Source of the DNA: Cyanobacteria bacterium auto_48_18
GTDB lineage: Bacteria; Cyanobacteriota; Vampirovibrionia; Obscuribacterales; Obscuribacteraceae
Direction: 5' to 3'
Assembly (NCBI GenBank): GCA_036170915.1
Contig: JAVHQC010000035.1
Coordinates: 160,001-224,000 of the forward strand
Length of the DNA stretch: 64,000 nt
Part shown: piece by piece, positions 1 to 9,537 of the stretch
How the letters are laid out: each line of letters opens with the position of its first letter
Numbering within the stretch: position 1 is the stretch's first letter
Made by a program: the position numbers and the translations under genes
Notes under the pieces: model-generated
What the model was told of the DNA's origin: nothing
Seen by the model: only the letters and a program-made list of their open reading frames with translations
Database searches by the model: none

Positions 1-202
1 TTTCGAACATTTCTAGATTGCGCGCATGCACCACAATCGCTTTAGAAATAGTAGTTGCGGTTGCAGCTTTGTCGATGATGCGGAATGAAACTTTGCGACG
101 CAGTAAATCATTGGCTAAGGTCAGACCGGTAGGGCCAGCACCAACGATTAATATGTCCACAGCCTGAGCGTCTTCAGAAAAATTCGTCTCGTTGGTGGCC
201 AT
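1..202 (-). CDS. FAD-dependent monooxygenase/oxidoreductase, N-terminal part (runs off window)
   Basis: Manual minus-strand translation from ATG at 202: MATNETNFSEDAQAVDILIVGAGPTGLTLANDLLRRKVSFRIIDKAATATTISKAIVVHARNLEMFE; GxGxxG FAD motif; AGAGG RBS upstream. Confidence 0.85.
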   Translation of the reverse strand, partial: MATNETNFSEDAQAVDILIVGAGPTGLTLANDLLRRKVSFRIIDKAATATTISKAIVVHARNLEMFE

Positions 203-334
203 AATTACCTCTTTGTGCGCGCTAATTTTACAACAGTCTGATTCGAGATTTGGGGACCATCATGTGGTGACTGCCACCTTGTCAGCTTGGTGCAGTTAGC
301 TTAGGATAGTCATAGCAACAGGATTCAAACTTCT

Positions 335-1264
335 ATGGCAGCCGACAATTCAACTGAGAAAACTCGCCCCATGCGAGCCCTGGTTTTGCCAGGTGGCGGC
401 GGCAGGGGTGCTTATCAGGTTGGTGTCACCAAAGCTTTTAAAGAAGCAGGCATCGAATTTGACATTGCTTTTGGTACAAGCATTGGTGGCATCAATGCCA
501 GCCTCTATGCTCAAGGCAATCAAACCAGACTAGAAGAACTCTGGTGTTCCATTCGCAGTCGCGACATTTTCGGTCTGCCTTCAGCTCATCAAATCGGCCG
601 CCTGGTGCTGGGTCACAAACTGGGCTTGCTCGACACTACTCCGCTGGAAGAGCTTTTGCGCCGTGAGGTCAACTTGCAAAAACTCAAAGCCAGCAAAACT
701 AAAGTGGGCTGGTGCACAACTGATCTTTGTAGCCTGGAAACGCGACTGATAACAATTGACGACATTATGTCCACCAACGAGTTGATTGATGTACTGATGG
801 CCACTTCTGCTCTTCCCATGGCTTTCCCGCCGCGGCACATCCACGGTCAGGGCCTGTGGATAGATGGGGGCCTAGTGCGTAATACACCCATGGAGACCGC
901 CATACACCTGGGAGCTGACGAAGTGTACATGGTGCTTTTGCATCCCGAGCGCATTAACGTTTGTCCGGTGAACATGTTCGAAGTTTTAGTGCGTTGTCTT
1001 GATATTGTGCTCGACGCTTCCGCACGCAAAGAGGTGCAGTCGGCAGAGTTGTATAACCGCTTGATTGATGCCGGTTCAGTAGAATCGCGGGGCCGTAAAA
1101 AAGTCAAAATTCGAGTCTTTCAACCCAAGCATGGTGTCAATGTTACCCTGCTGGAAATTGATCCAGAACGATCAAGGCGCTTAATTCGGCAGGGCTATGA
1201 TGACGCTAACGAGCAGCTGGCGCAAATTTTTAGAGAAGAAGCGGAAATATCAGCTCAAGTTTGA
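335..1264 (+). CDS. Patatin-like phospholipase
   Basis: GGGGRG oxyanion motif, GTSIG nucleophile elbow, DGG motif. Confidence 0.93.
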   Translation: MAADNSTEKTRPMRALVLPGGGGRGAYQVGVTKAFKEAGIEFDIAFGTSIGGINASLYAQGNQTRLEELWCSIRSRDIFGLPSAHQIGRLVLGHKLGLLDTTPLEELLRREVNLQKLKASKTKVGWCTTDLCSLETRLITIDDIMSTNELIDVLMATSALPMAFPPRHIHGQGLWIDGGLVRNTPMETAIHLGADEVYMVLLHPERINVCPVNMFEVLVRCLDIVLDASARKEVQSAELYNRLIDAGSVESRGRKKVKIRVFQPKHGVNVTLLEIDPERSRRLIRQGYDDANEQLAQIFREEAEISAQV

Positions 1265-1275
1265 ATAGCTTAGAC

Positions 1276-1761
1276 TCAATATTGAAAACCGTCTTTACGC
1301 AAGTGAGTCATGGGCTCATCGGCACCATTAAGCAATTCGCCATCGGTAATTTCACCCACCACAAGAATGTGATCACCAGCCTCGGTTTGCGACTTAACCA
1401 CCAGACTCATATAAGAAACAGCTTCGGCAAAAACCGGTCCGGAGCTAACGTCCTTCAATTTTAGTCCATCAAATTTTTCGGCGTTGTGTGGCTTGGCGAA
1501 AGCTTTGAAGATATCCATATTGCGCTTGCTCAGTACGTTGACTGAAAATTTGCTGCCAACCGATAGAGCTTGAAGAATATCGCGTTTCTTGTTCACTGAT
1601 ACCACAAGAGATGGCGGCTCAAAACCTGCCTGAGTAATCCAGGTGGCCATCATTCCGTCTTTGACGCCATCTTCACCGTGCACTGTAATGATGTAGACAC
1701 CACTGGCCAAGCGACCAATTGCTGGACCTACTCTTTCTTTCAATAAAGCTGCAGAATTCAT
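1276..1761 (-). CDS. Flavin reductase-like domain protein
   Basis: GRLASGVYIIT, PP.LVVSVNK, FSVNVL, GDH motifs; C-terminal H.RKDG.QY resembles the flavodiiron flavin-reductase domain. Confidence 0.88.
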   Translation of the reverse strand: MNSAALLKERVGPAIGRLASGVYIITVHGEDGVKDGMMATWITQAGFEPPSLVVSVNKKRDILQALSVGSKFSVNVLSKRNMDIFKAFAKPHNAEKFDGLKLKDVSSGPVFAEAVSYMSLVVKSQTEAGDHILVVGEITDGELLNGADEPMTHLRKDGFQY

Positions 1762-1775
1762 GGGAACCTCGTGAG

Positions 1776-3194
1776 TTAAAGTTTACGTCCAATTTTTGCC
1801 AGAGGCTGTGCCGCGGGCAGTGTTGAAGTGATGGTGCCTTTCAATTTAGTTGGTGGTTTACGCTTTGACTTGTAAGCAAAAAACTGCATGATTACTTCAG
1901 CCAGTTTGGCCGGATCGTGGTGTGTAGGCGCGTCTTCGCTAACCAGCATTTTTCGAAATGGAGTTACACCAAGATCTTTCAATCGCTCAGAATCAAAGCG
2001 TACCGGTTTAGAACCTGAGGGAAGATCAGGCACCACTCGTCCATATTCATTAACGAGAACCCCTTGCATCAGTCGATTAGAAGCGATAATTGGAGTCTTC
2101 GAGTGGCTGAGAATGGCTTCCACATGGTCACCGACCGAATAATCGGTAGTTTCACCTGGCTGTGTCATCACATTGCAGACATAGATTTTTTTTGCAAAAG
2201 ATTGACGCACCGCATCAGCAATTCCAGGAACAATAAAGTTTGGAATTACAGATGTATACAAACTGCCTGGCCCAAGCACTATCAGTTCGGCATCAAGAAT
2301 TGCGGCCACAGCCTCAGCAGTGGCTACTGGCTCTGCCGGTTCGGCAAATAGACGCTTAATGCGCCTGCCTTCACCCTCAGCGGCAATATGAGATTCGCCG
2401 CGTACGATTGATCCATCTTCAAATTCAGCTATCAGATTGAGGCCGTCTAAAGTTGCGGGCAAAACCTGGCCGCAGCTATTAAGCACGCGGCTGGCGGTGC
2501 GAACTGCTGCTATCATGTCACCATCGGTGATGGCGTAAACTGCGGTCAAAAATAAATTACCAAAGCTGTGACCTTCAAGGCCCTCGCCAGATTGAAAACG
2601 ATACTTAAACAGATCAGTGACCAGCTTATCTTCGTCAGCCAGAGCAGTAATGCAGTTGCGAATATCACCGGGAGGCAGCACGCCCAGCTCTTGCCGTAGA
2701 CGCCCTGAGCTGCCGCCGTCATCACCTACAGTAACAATGGCAGTGATATTGTAGGTATGTTTTTTCAAACCACGCAATAAATTAGAGAGGCCGGTGCCAC
2801 CACCTATGACTACTACTTTAGGGCCGCGGCCGAATTTGCGAGCACGATAAAGCATGTCAGGTATAGATTCGCGCTCGGGCAAATATGTGCCGAGAACCTG
2901 TTGCATAGCTCGTACAATCAGCACGGCCATGGCTAAGAAACCAACAGCGATAAAAAGAATGCCATTCAACTGAATTGGTATGGCTTCTTTTACGTCTTGT
3001 ATAACTTCTCGTAAACCATTGATGCCGCGAGAACCATACTTGAGGACGCGGTCAAGCGGGTGAATATTATTACAGAGCAATACACCATAGACTATAAAGA
3101 ACAAAGCAATGATGACACCGCCGAGATAACGTTTTAACCCCGGCAACATCCAGCTGCCAAAAAGGTAATCTAGTGATTTCTTCGGCTTCTTCAA
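1776..3194 (-). CDS. yvcK: YvcK/CofD-related UDP-GlcNAc-binding protein (gluconeogenesis factor) with N-terminal TM segments
   Basis: VVVIGGGTGLS, DDGGSSGRLR, PPGDIRNC, GHSFGNL, GPGSLYTSVIPN motifs; adjacent to rapZ-like gene. Confidence 0.92.
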   Translation of the reverse strand: MKKPKKSLDYLFGSWMLPGLKRYLGGVIIALFFIVYGVLLCNNIHPLDRVLKYGSRGINGLREVIQDVKEAIPIQLNGILFIAVGFLAMAVLIVRAMQQVLGTYLPERESIPDMLYRARKFGRGPKVVVIGGGTGLSNLLRGLKKHTYNITAIVTVGDDGGSSGRLRQELGVLPPGDIRNCITALADEDKLVTDLFKYRFQSGEGLEGHSFGNLFLTAVYAITDGDMIAAVRTASRVLNSCGQVLPATLDGLNLIAEFEDGSIVRGESHIAAEGEGRRIKRLFAEPAEPVATAEAVAAILDAELIVLGPGSLYTSVIPNFIVPGIADAVRQSFAKKIYVCNVMTQPGETTDYSVGDHVEAILSHSKTPIIASNRLMQGVLVNEYGRVVPDLPSGSKPVRFDSERLKDLGVTPFRKMLVSEDAPTHHDPAKLAEVIMQFFAYKSKRKPPTKLKGTITSTLPAAQPLAKIGRKL

Positions 3195-3198
3195 GCAA

Positions 3199-3666
3199 TC
3201 AGACCCCTTCTTGAAGGGCTAATTTCTCTTGATCTGGCTCTGCGTGCTGATTTTGGTCTAGACCTCTATCAAGCTCGCGATGTGACAGTGATATTTGATA
3301 ATGGGGATAGCTCGATTGCAGTTTCTGGGCAAGTTCTTCGGCTACTGCCACCGAGCGGTGCTGACCGCCTGTGCAGCCAAGAGCAATCGTAAAATTATCA
3401 GTTTTAGTATCAAACATTGCCGGCATCACCTGCGATACCAGAGTGAAAAGATGACCCATGAATTCTTGAGCAGAAATCTGCTCCATCACATATTTTTGCA
3501 CGGGGGCGTCTCGCCCAGTGAGAGGCCGCAGCTCTTCCACCCAGAACGGATTTTTCAGAAAACGCACATCTAGAACAACGTTTGCCTGGGGCGGATTGCC
3601 ATTTTTAAAACCAAATGAAACTACACTAACTCGATTGTCCGGCATTTTATTATGACTACTGCTCAT
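3199..3666 (-). CDS. RapZ/YvcJ C-terminal domain-only protein
   Basis: SFGFK.G.P, DVRFL.NP, LRPLTG.D, GCTGGQHRSV motifs; no N-terminal P-loop domain. Confidence 0.88.
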   Translation of the reverse strand: MSSSHNKMPDNRVSVVSFGFKNGNPPQANVVLDVRFLKNPFWVEELRPLTGRDAPVQKYVMEQISAQEFMGHLFTLVSQVMPAMFDTKTDNFTIALGCTGGQHRSVAVAEELAQKLQSSYPHYQISLSHRELDRGLDQNQHAEPDQEKLALQEGV

Positions 3667-3684
3667 TTTCTCAAGTCGGTATTT

Positions 3685-4332
3685 TTAGAATGCAACTGGC
3701 TCCGTGGCTGGTTGCTGCACTGAGGTGGTTTTTGGTTGTTCTTGTTTCTCTGGTTGTTCTTGTTTTTCTGCTTGTTCTTGTTTTTCTGCTTGTTCTTCTT
3801 TCCACTCGGCTTCCAGTTCTTCTACATTACCTTCACGGAAACCGTGTTTGGTCATCTCCAGATCAGCCTTAATTGTAGAAACTGCTTTGTCGATGAAAAG
3901 CTCACCGTCAAGGTGGTCGATTTCATGCTGAATTGCGCGTGAAAGCAAATTGCCGTCTGCGGTAAGCTTAAGCGTTTGACCTTTCAAATTTTGGAATTTA
4001 ACTACTACTTTTGAGGCTCTTTTAACTTCAAAGAAAACATCCGGGAAGCTGAGACAACCTTCCTGACCTGTCATCTCACCATCGCGTTCGATAATTTCGG
4101 GGTTGATGAAAACAATAGGACGCGGAGTTTCATCTTCACCGCTGACATCGATCACCATCAAACGTTTTGAGACGCCGACTTGAGGAGCAGCTAGACCGAC
4201 ACCGTCATTCTCATACATAGTATCGAGCATATCTTGCGCAAGTTTTCGCACCGAAGAGTCAAAAATGCTAATTTTCTTGGCTTTAGCCTTTAAAACCGAA
4301 TCAGGGTAGTATCTAACCTTGAGTAATGACAT
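3685..4332 (-). CDS. def: Peptide deformylase with repetitive acidic C-terminal tail
   Basis: GVGLAAPQVG, EGCLS, QHEIDHLDG motifs; ATG at 4332 preceded by AGAGG. Confidence 0.97.
   Translation of the reverse strand: MSLLKVRYYPDSVLKAKAKKISIFDSSVRKLAQDMLDTMYENDGVGLAAPQVGVSKRLMVIDVSGEDETPRPIVFINPEIIERDGEMTGQEGCLSFPDVFFEVKRASKVVVKFQNLKGQTLKLTADGNLLSRAIQHEIDHLDGELFIDKAVSTIKADLEMTKHGFREGNVEELEAEWKEEQAEKQEQAEKQEQPEKQEQPKTTSVQQPATEPVAF
3733..3798 (-). repeat. 18-bp tandem repeat in def tail (EKQEQA/P, about 4 copies)
   Basis: ttgttcttgtttttctgc-like units seen directly. Confidence 0.85.
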
Positions 4333-4504
4333 GATTGCCGCCTCTTTCAAAAACCGGCCTACGCGCCGTGTTTCTAATATGTATCCTTCAACTGCGCCTA
4401 GCTTGCTAATAGAGAAATTTTTAAGCTCTAAAGTTTCTCACCCCCCATTCCACGGGGTTCTTAGCCGATATTATCACACCAAAGCCAAGATTTTATAGAC
4501 TATT

Positions 4505-5593
4505 TTGATGCCTCTATCTCTACTCTACACATATCTTTCTAAAATCGCTGCCCAGGGCAAGTCGGGAATACCCGCATTTCTCACGCTGGCAATGGTTTCC
4601 AGTATCGTGCCGGCAGCCGCTCAAGATTGGGGTTACGATGCTCCGCCTCAAACCGGAACTTCCGCTCCGACAAGTAAATCTGCAGCAAAAGCCGCCGCCA
4701 GTACCTTAAAAACTCCGTCGAAGCCACTGGTTGCCCCCGCTGCAAAAAGCACGCAAAAAGCAGGCATGCAAGCGACAGCCGTACAACCGGCAGGCATGCA
4801 ACCGGCAGTGATCCAATCAGCAGCTCCCGCCCAGGAACAAGTGGACGATAAGCGTTCCTGGCTGGAAATATTTGCCTTGTGCGCATCCAGCAACATTGAT
4901 GACGATCGCACCGAGACTCTTGGTCTGGCCACTCTTTCAGGCGAACAAAAAGATAGCCTCGGCAAGATGATTGATCAGAAGCTGGCCGCCAATGCCTCTG
5001 TGTATGCCGGTATTGCTCCTTTCTGGCGTCAGACCAGGGTGAAAGTGATTCGTGAAATCGACAGCAAAGAAAGCTATCGCTTATTGTTTCGTGCTCTTAT
5101 TCGTCACGCGCTCAGCGCTAAAAATTCACCACTGGCGAAAAATCAGAATGAAGCCGACCTTTTGCAAAGCTTGCTGGGAGCCGCTCGTATTGCCGACCCC
5201 GGGCCACCACCGCTCACTGAAGATGCAGTTAATGCTTACGCAGACATGACGGTTTTTCTTTTCAGCAAGCGTAAACCAGACCGCTCTGTTGATGGAGATG
5301 AAAATCGCAAAGTTTTTGCCGATGTAATCAAAGATCGCTTTGTGCGCGCCCCTAACCCCGCAGCCAAAGCGGCGATGACCAATTTTGATTTAACCTGGGC
5401 TTGTTTTCGCTGTCGATTTCTAGATGTTGACGCCGAGCAAAAAGAAAAGCTCAGTGCTCTTATGGCCTCTGGTGACAGCAAAAGTAGCGCCATGCTGAAA
5501 CAAGAGCTAGTCAGCCCTGCCATGACAAAATTATTTGCTATGGGCCCGTGGGGCGAAAAATCAGTTAAAAGTGCAAGCGCACAGAGTCAGTAG
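4505..5593 (+). CDS. Hypothetical exported protein with Ala/Pro/Gln-rich N-terminal linker
   Basis: Long ORF; hydrophobic segment ending AAA|QDW; start uncertain. Confidence 0.7.
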   Translation: MMPLSLLYTYLSKIAAQGKSGIPAFLTLAMVSSIVPAAAQDWGYDAPPQTGTSAPTSKSAAKAAASTLKTPSKPLVAPAAKSTQKAGMQATAVQPAGMQPAVIQSAAPAQEQVDDKRSWLEIFALCASSNIDDDRTETLGLATLSGEQKDSLGKMIDQKLAANASVYAGIAPFWRQTRVKVIREIDSKESYRLLFRALIRHALSAKNSPLAKNQNEADLLQSLLGAARIADPGPPPLTEDAVNAYADMTVFLFSKRKPDRSVDGDENRKVFADVIKDRFVRAPNPAAKAAMTNFDLTWACFRCRFLDVDAEQKEKLSALMASGDSKSSAMLKQELVSPAMTKLFAMGPWGEKSVKSASAQSQ

Positions 5594-6551
5594 TTTGCAC
5601 CACCCCTGACACAAGCCGCGGCAACCAACCGTAAACCACAGACATGCAGGCGAGTAGCCAGATGACAATGGTGCATTGAATCGGTCTATCTTTGAGCAAT
5701 ACCTCTTCTGGTGAGCCGGTATTAGTGTCTCTGACAGACAAAACTTGATAGCGCAGCACACCATATAGCACCATCGGCACTGTCACCATCATCCATTGAC
5801 CATACTGTGACTGAAAACTGTAAAAAGCATATGCGGTAATCAAACTCGGTACTATAGCCGCTTCCATGCGATCGAGCAGGTCTATGGAATATTTACCGAG
5901 CACTTTTCTGTGGCCGGCAGCATCGCTGCCCAGACTTTTGATTTCTTGTCGTCTTTTTTCAAGAGCGAGAAATAATGCACCAAGGGAGGTGCACAATAAG
6001 AACCAGGCAGAAAGCGGCACATGTGCCGCTGCACCGCCGGCCAGTGCCCGCAACACAAAACCGGTGGCGATACAGAAAACATCGAGAATAATATGATGTT
6101 TGAGTTTAGCCACATAAGCAATTTGCAAAAGCAAATAGGCCAAAAGCACAAGGCTTAAGGCCGGTCTTGTCAGATAACCAACGACAAAGCTAAGAATCAA
6201 ACAGATCAAGCCAATGATAAAGGCGGTTTGCTTACCGATTAGACCAGCTGCTACAGGACGTTTGCACTTGGTTGGATGCTTACGATCAGCTTCGGCGTCA
6301 AGAATATCGTTAAAGACATAAACCGCAGCAGATATAAAACATAGTGCCACCACACACATTGAAACATGGCTGACCACTTCGCCACTGAAGAGCCTCCCGG
6401 CAAAAAGCGCGGGCGCGAAGGCAATCAAATTTTTTGTCCATTGTCTAGGACGCAATAATCTGACAATGCTCTTGGGCGTCAGAGCACGAGGGCCAGCGGC
6501 AGAATCGCCGACAGCATCAGCTTGAGCATCTATTTTCTGGCCTGAATTCAT
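5565..6551 (-). CDS. UbiA-family decaprenyl-phosphate phosphoribosyltransferase
   Basis: RPRQWTKN, YVFNDILD..ADRKHPTKCKRP, KRRQE motifs; multiple TM helices. Confidence 0.9.
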   Translation of the reverse strand: MNSGQKIDAQADAVGDSAAGPRALTPKSIVRLLRPRQWTKNLIAFAPALFAGRLFSGEVVSHVSMCVVALCFISAAVYVFNDILDAEADRKHPTKCKRPVAAGLIGKQTAFIIGLICLILSFVVGYLTRPALSLVLLAYLLLQIAYVAKLKHHIILDVFCIATGFVLRALAGGAAAHVPLSAWFLLCTSLGALFLALEKRRQEIKSLGSDAAGHRKVLGKYSIDLLDRMEAAIVPSLITAYAFYSFQSQYGQWMMVTVPMVLYGVLRYQVLSVRDTNTGSPEEVLLKDRPIQCTIVIWLLACMSVVYGWLPRLVSGVVQTTDSVRLHF

Positions 6552-6585
6552 AAAATCATTATGCCTTTAGACGCTGTCTTTTAAG

Positions 6586-7170
6586 CTATTTGAGCTTAAG
6601 AGCCAGCCCAGACACTGAAAGATAAACCTGGTCAGCCTGAGCTGCAATTTTCTGATTGGCCAGACCTAGCATGTCACGATAGCTGCGGGCCAAATGGTTG
6701 TCGGGCACGATGCCGGAGCCTACTTCATTGGTGACCACAATAAAGCGTAAATCAGAGCGACTACCTATGGCTGATAAAAAATCATCCACGTCTTTTAAAA
6801 GATTTGCTTCCAGCTCTCTGCGCACATTGTTATCTTCGATTGTGTACGGAATAGAAAGCAACAGATTGGAGACAAAAAGTGAAAGACAGTCGATTAAACA
6901 CAGAATAGGTGCGTTGTCGTCGCCCGGCAACTCTGTTATCACTTTGCTCAGCATCAGTGGTTCTTCGATGGTGCGCCACTCAGTCGGGCGGCGCTTCGTG
7001 TGTAAAGCAATGCGGTCGTGGGCTTCCAGATCGTGATCTATTTTGCCCATAGTTGCAAAGTAGACCACGGCTAAACCTGTGTCTGCCGCCATTTTTTCCG
7101 CTAAAGCAGATTTACCAGACCGAGCACCGCCGGTAATCACCGTCAGCTTCACTAATTCCGAACTTTGCAT
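6586..7170 (-). CDS. cobU: Bifunctional adenosylcobinamide kinase / cobinamide-phosphate guanylyltransferase
   Basis: TGGARSGKS, RI..H..RRP..W.TIEEP, VTNEVGSGIVP, YRDMLG.ANQ. Confidence 0.95.
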   Translation of the reverse strand: MQSSELVKLTVITGGARSGKSALAEKMAADTGLAVVYFATMGKIDHDLEAHDRIALHTKRRPTEWRTIEEPLMLSKVITELPGDDNAPILCLIDCLSLFVSNLLLSIPYTIEDNNVRRELEANLLKDVDDFLSAIGSRSDLRFIVVTNEVGSGIVPDNHLARSYRDMLGLANQKIAAQADQVYLSVSGLALKLK

Positions 7171-7271
7171 TTCAACACCCAAAACTTGCAGTTGCCTAAA
7201 GCAGCTAAAACACTTAAGCTATCACAATCTCTTGAACAAATTATGCCACTACTTGCAATACCTGTATAAAA

Positions 7272-8144
7272 GTGCCAGCAGAAGATAAGCTCTACGATTT
7301 TAGTCCACGCACAGCCAATCTGGACAAATTAAAGCAACACGTCCCTGCTTCGCCAATTGCAGATGACGGCATGTCAAAGCATACTCTCGATTTATATAAA
7401 TCGTTTATGCATTCATACGTCAACCGCATTAATAATGCGACCTTCAATGTCACCATAGGAGGTATCAGAATTGGATCAGCCAAATATAGCCGCCTGGCGC
7501 AAATTAATCTGAAAAGCAAAGTAATTACCTTTTCTCGTTTTGCCATCGAAAACGTTCCAGAAAGAGGCAGACGCTATCTTGTTCTTCACGAGTTAGCTCA
7601 CGTTCTCGAAGCCAGCCACAACGATTATTTCTGGCAACTGGTTGGACGCTTCGAACCAAACTACAAGGAGATTGGCAGTGATCTCGACATGGCTTTTAAA
7701 AAGAATGTCAGATCGCATGACAGACTAAGTAAGCGCCAGATTAAAGCCGGCAGCAGTGGTCAGCACGAAAGCGGCCGCGCTCAGCAACATTTAGAATTAT
7801 TCCGTCAGAATAAATTGCTCTGGACTCCTGACCATGGCTATATAGAGCATGGCAACAAACAACTGGGTCTTCATAAAGACCAGGTTGAAAATTTTGCCAA
7901 CATAGACTTAGACAGCAGGCTTGCAGACGAAGCCTTCAGAGCCTATATCGACCTCAGGCGAGAAGAAATAGATCAGGAATGTGACCCTGAAGAAGACCAT
8001 CTGCCTGAAGTTATTGAAGGCGACTGCAATGAAAAGTGTAGTTTCAATACTCAACAGTTAGATGATTATCTCTACAATGATGATGACGAAAACTACACAG
8101 ACAATTTGTTCGGCACCATGAGCGGTGGCGATGGCGTCTTTTGA
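7272..8144 (+). CDS. YgjP/WLM-like zinc metallopeptidase-domain protein with acidic C-terminal tail
   Basis: YLVLHELAHVLEASHNDYFWQLV..FEPNY (HEXXH plus third His). Confidence 0.75.
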   Translation: MPAEDKLYDFSPRTANLDKLKQHVPASPIADDGMSKHTLDLYKSFMHSYVNRINNATFNVTIGGIRIGSAKYSRLAQINLKSKVITFSRFAIENVPERGRRYLVLHELAHVLEASHNDYFWQLVGRFEPNYKEIGSDLDMAFKKNVRSHDRLSKRQIKAGSSGQHESGRAQQHLELFRQNKLLWTPDHGYIEHGNKQLGLHKDQVENFANIDLDSRLADEAFRAYIDLRREEIDQECDPEEDHLPEVIEGDCNEKCSFNTQQLDDYLYNDDDENYTDNLFGTMSGGDGVF

Positions 8145-8271
8145 GCCCTGCCTGGTATTTTTAGTGTTTCAAAGAGAATAATTAATTATTAGCTATTAGC
8201 TCTAAAACCAGCGACGACGGTAAGCACGCTAGAATGTTGTCTGAATAGGAAATTCTGGGAATTGGACTGCA

Positions 8272-9537
8272 ATGGCTGAACGCAGGGTAGTTATAACTGG
8301 TTTAGGGATGGTGACTCCGGTAGGCATCGGCAAAGATGTATGCTGGCAAGCACTTCTGGCTGGCGAGTCCGGTGTGGCCCCAATCACACAATTTGACCCC
8401 ATTGCCATTGGTCTCGAAACTAAAATTGCCGCTGAAGTAAAAAACTTCAATATTCAAGACTTCTTCCCCGACAAGCGCAAAGTCGGCGGCATGCTCAAAG
8501 AAATGGATCGCGTCACACTTTTGGCTATGGCAGCGGCAAAATTGGCTCTCGAAGATGCCAACTTTGATATGTCAAAAGAACAAGCCGAACGAGTCGGCAC
8601 CTTCTTAGGAACAGGTGTGGGTGGTCTGATTACAACCACGGCCGATCACATCAAACTGCTGGAAGGCGGACCGCGAAAGCTTGGCTTGCGTTCAGTGATT
8701 AGACTGATGCCCAATGCCCCAGCCGGACAGGTCGCCATCGAATATGGTGCCAAAGGTCGAGCTAAGGCCGACTCTACTGCCTGTGCCAGCGGCCTTGATT
8801 CACTTTTCGACGCATTCATGTACATCAAAGATAACCGCGCCGACGCCATGATTTCAGGTGGTTGCGAAGCCGCCATTAACGCTTTCAGCATGGCTTCATT
8901 CGGTAATATGATGGCCCTATCAAAACGCAATGATGATCCTAAAGGGGCCAGTAGGCCATTTTCCAAAGACAGAGATGGTTTTGTCATCGGCGAGGGTGCA
9001 GTGGTTCTTATTCTCGAAGAATTAGAACACGCAGTTAATCGGAAAGCGCACATCTATGCCGAGATTGTAGGGGGCGGTGCTAGTTGCGACGCTTATCATA
9101 TTGTCGCGCCGCACGAGACCGGTGAAGGCGCTGTAACAGCCATGCGTGAGGCATTGAGAGACGCAAAAATTACGCCTGAAGACCTCGATTACATAAATGC
9201 GCACGGCACTTCCACCCCACTTAATGACGAGCGCGAAACCATTGCCATTAAGACCGTGCTGGGCGAGCACGCCTACAAAATTCCAATCTCAAGCACTAAG
9301 TCGATGGTAGGCCATTTGCTTGGTGGTGCTGGTGCTATCGGCACTGCGGTAGCAGCTTTGAGCTTGCACGACCAAAAAGTTCATCCCACCATCAACCTCA
9401 ATAATCCAGACCCTCTCTGCGATCTCGATTATGTGCCCAATGTTGCCCGCGAAGTCAAAATGGAATACGCCATGGTTGAAGCCTTAGGCTTCGGTGGTCA
9501 CAACACAGTGCTCATCCTTAAGCGCTACACGGCCTGA
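8272..9537 (+). CDS. fabF: Beta-ketoacyl-ACP synthase II
   Basis: RRVVITGLG, TACASG (catalytic Cys), NAHGTST, GHLLGGAG, GFGGHN. Confidence 0.96.
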   Translation: MAERRVVITGLGMVTPVGIGKDVCWQALLAGESGVAPITQFDPIAIGLETKIAAEVKNFNIQDFFPDKRKVGGMLKEMDRVTLLAMAAAKLALEDANFDMSKEQAERVGTFLGTGVGGLITTTADHIKLLEGGPRKLGLRSVIRLMPNAPAGQVAIEYGAKGRAKADSTACASGLDSLFDAFMYIKDNRADAMISGGCEAAINAFSMASFGNMMALSKRNDDPKGASRPFSKDRDGFVIGEGAVVLILEELEHAVNRKAHIYAEIVGGGASCDAYHIVAPHETGEGAVTAMREALRDAKITPEDLDYINAHGTSTPLNDERETIAIKTVLGEHAYKIPISSTKSMVGHLLGGAGAIGTAVAALSLHDQKVHPTINLNNPDPLCDLDYVPNVAREVKMEYAMVEALGFGGHNTVLILKRYTA

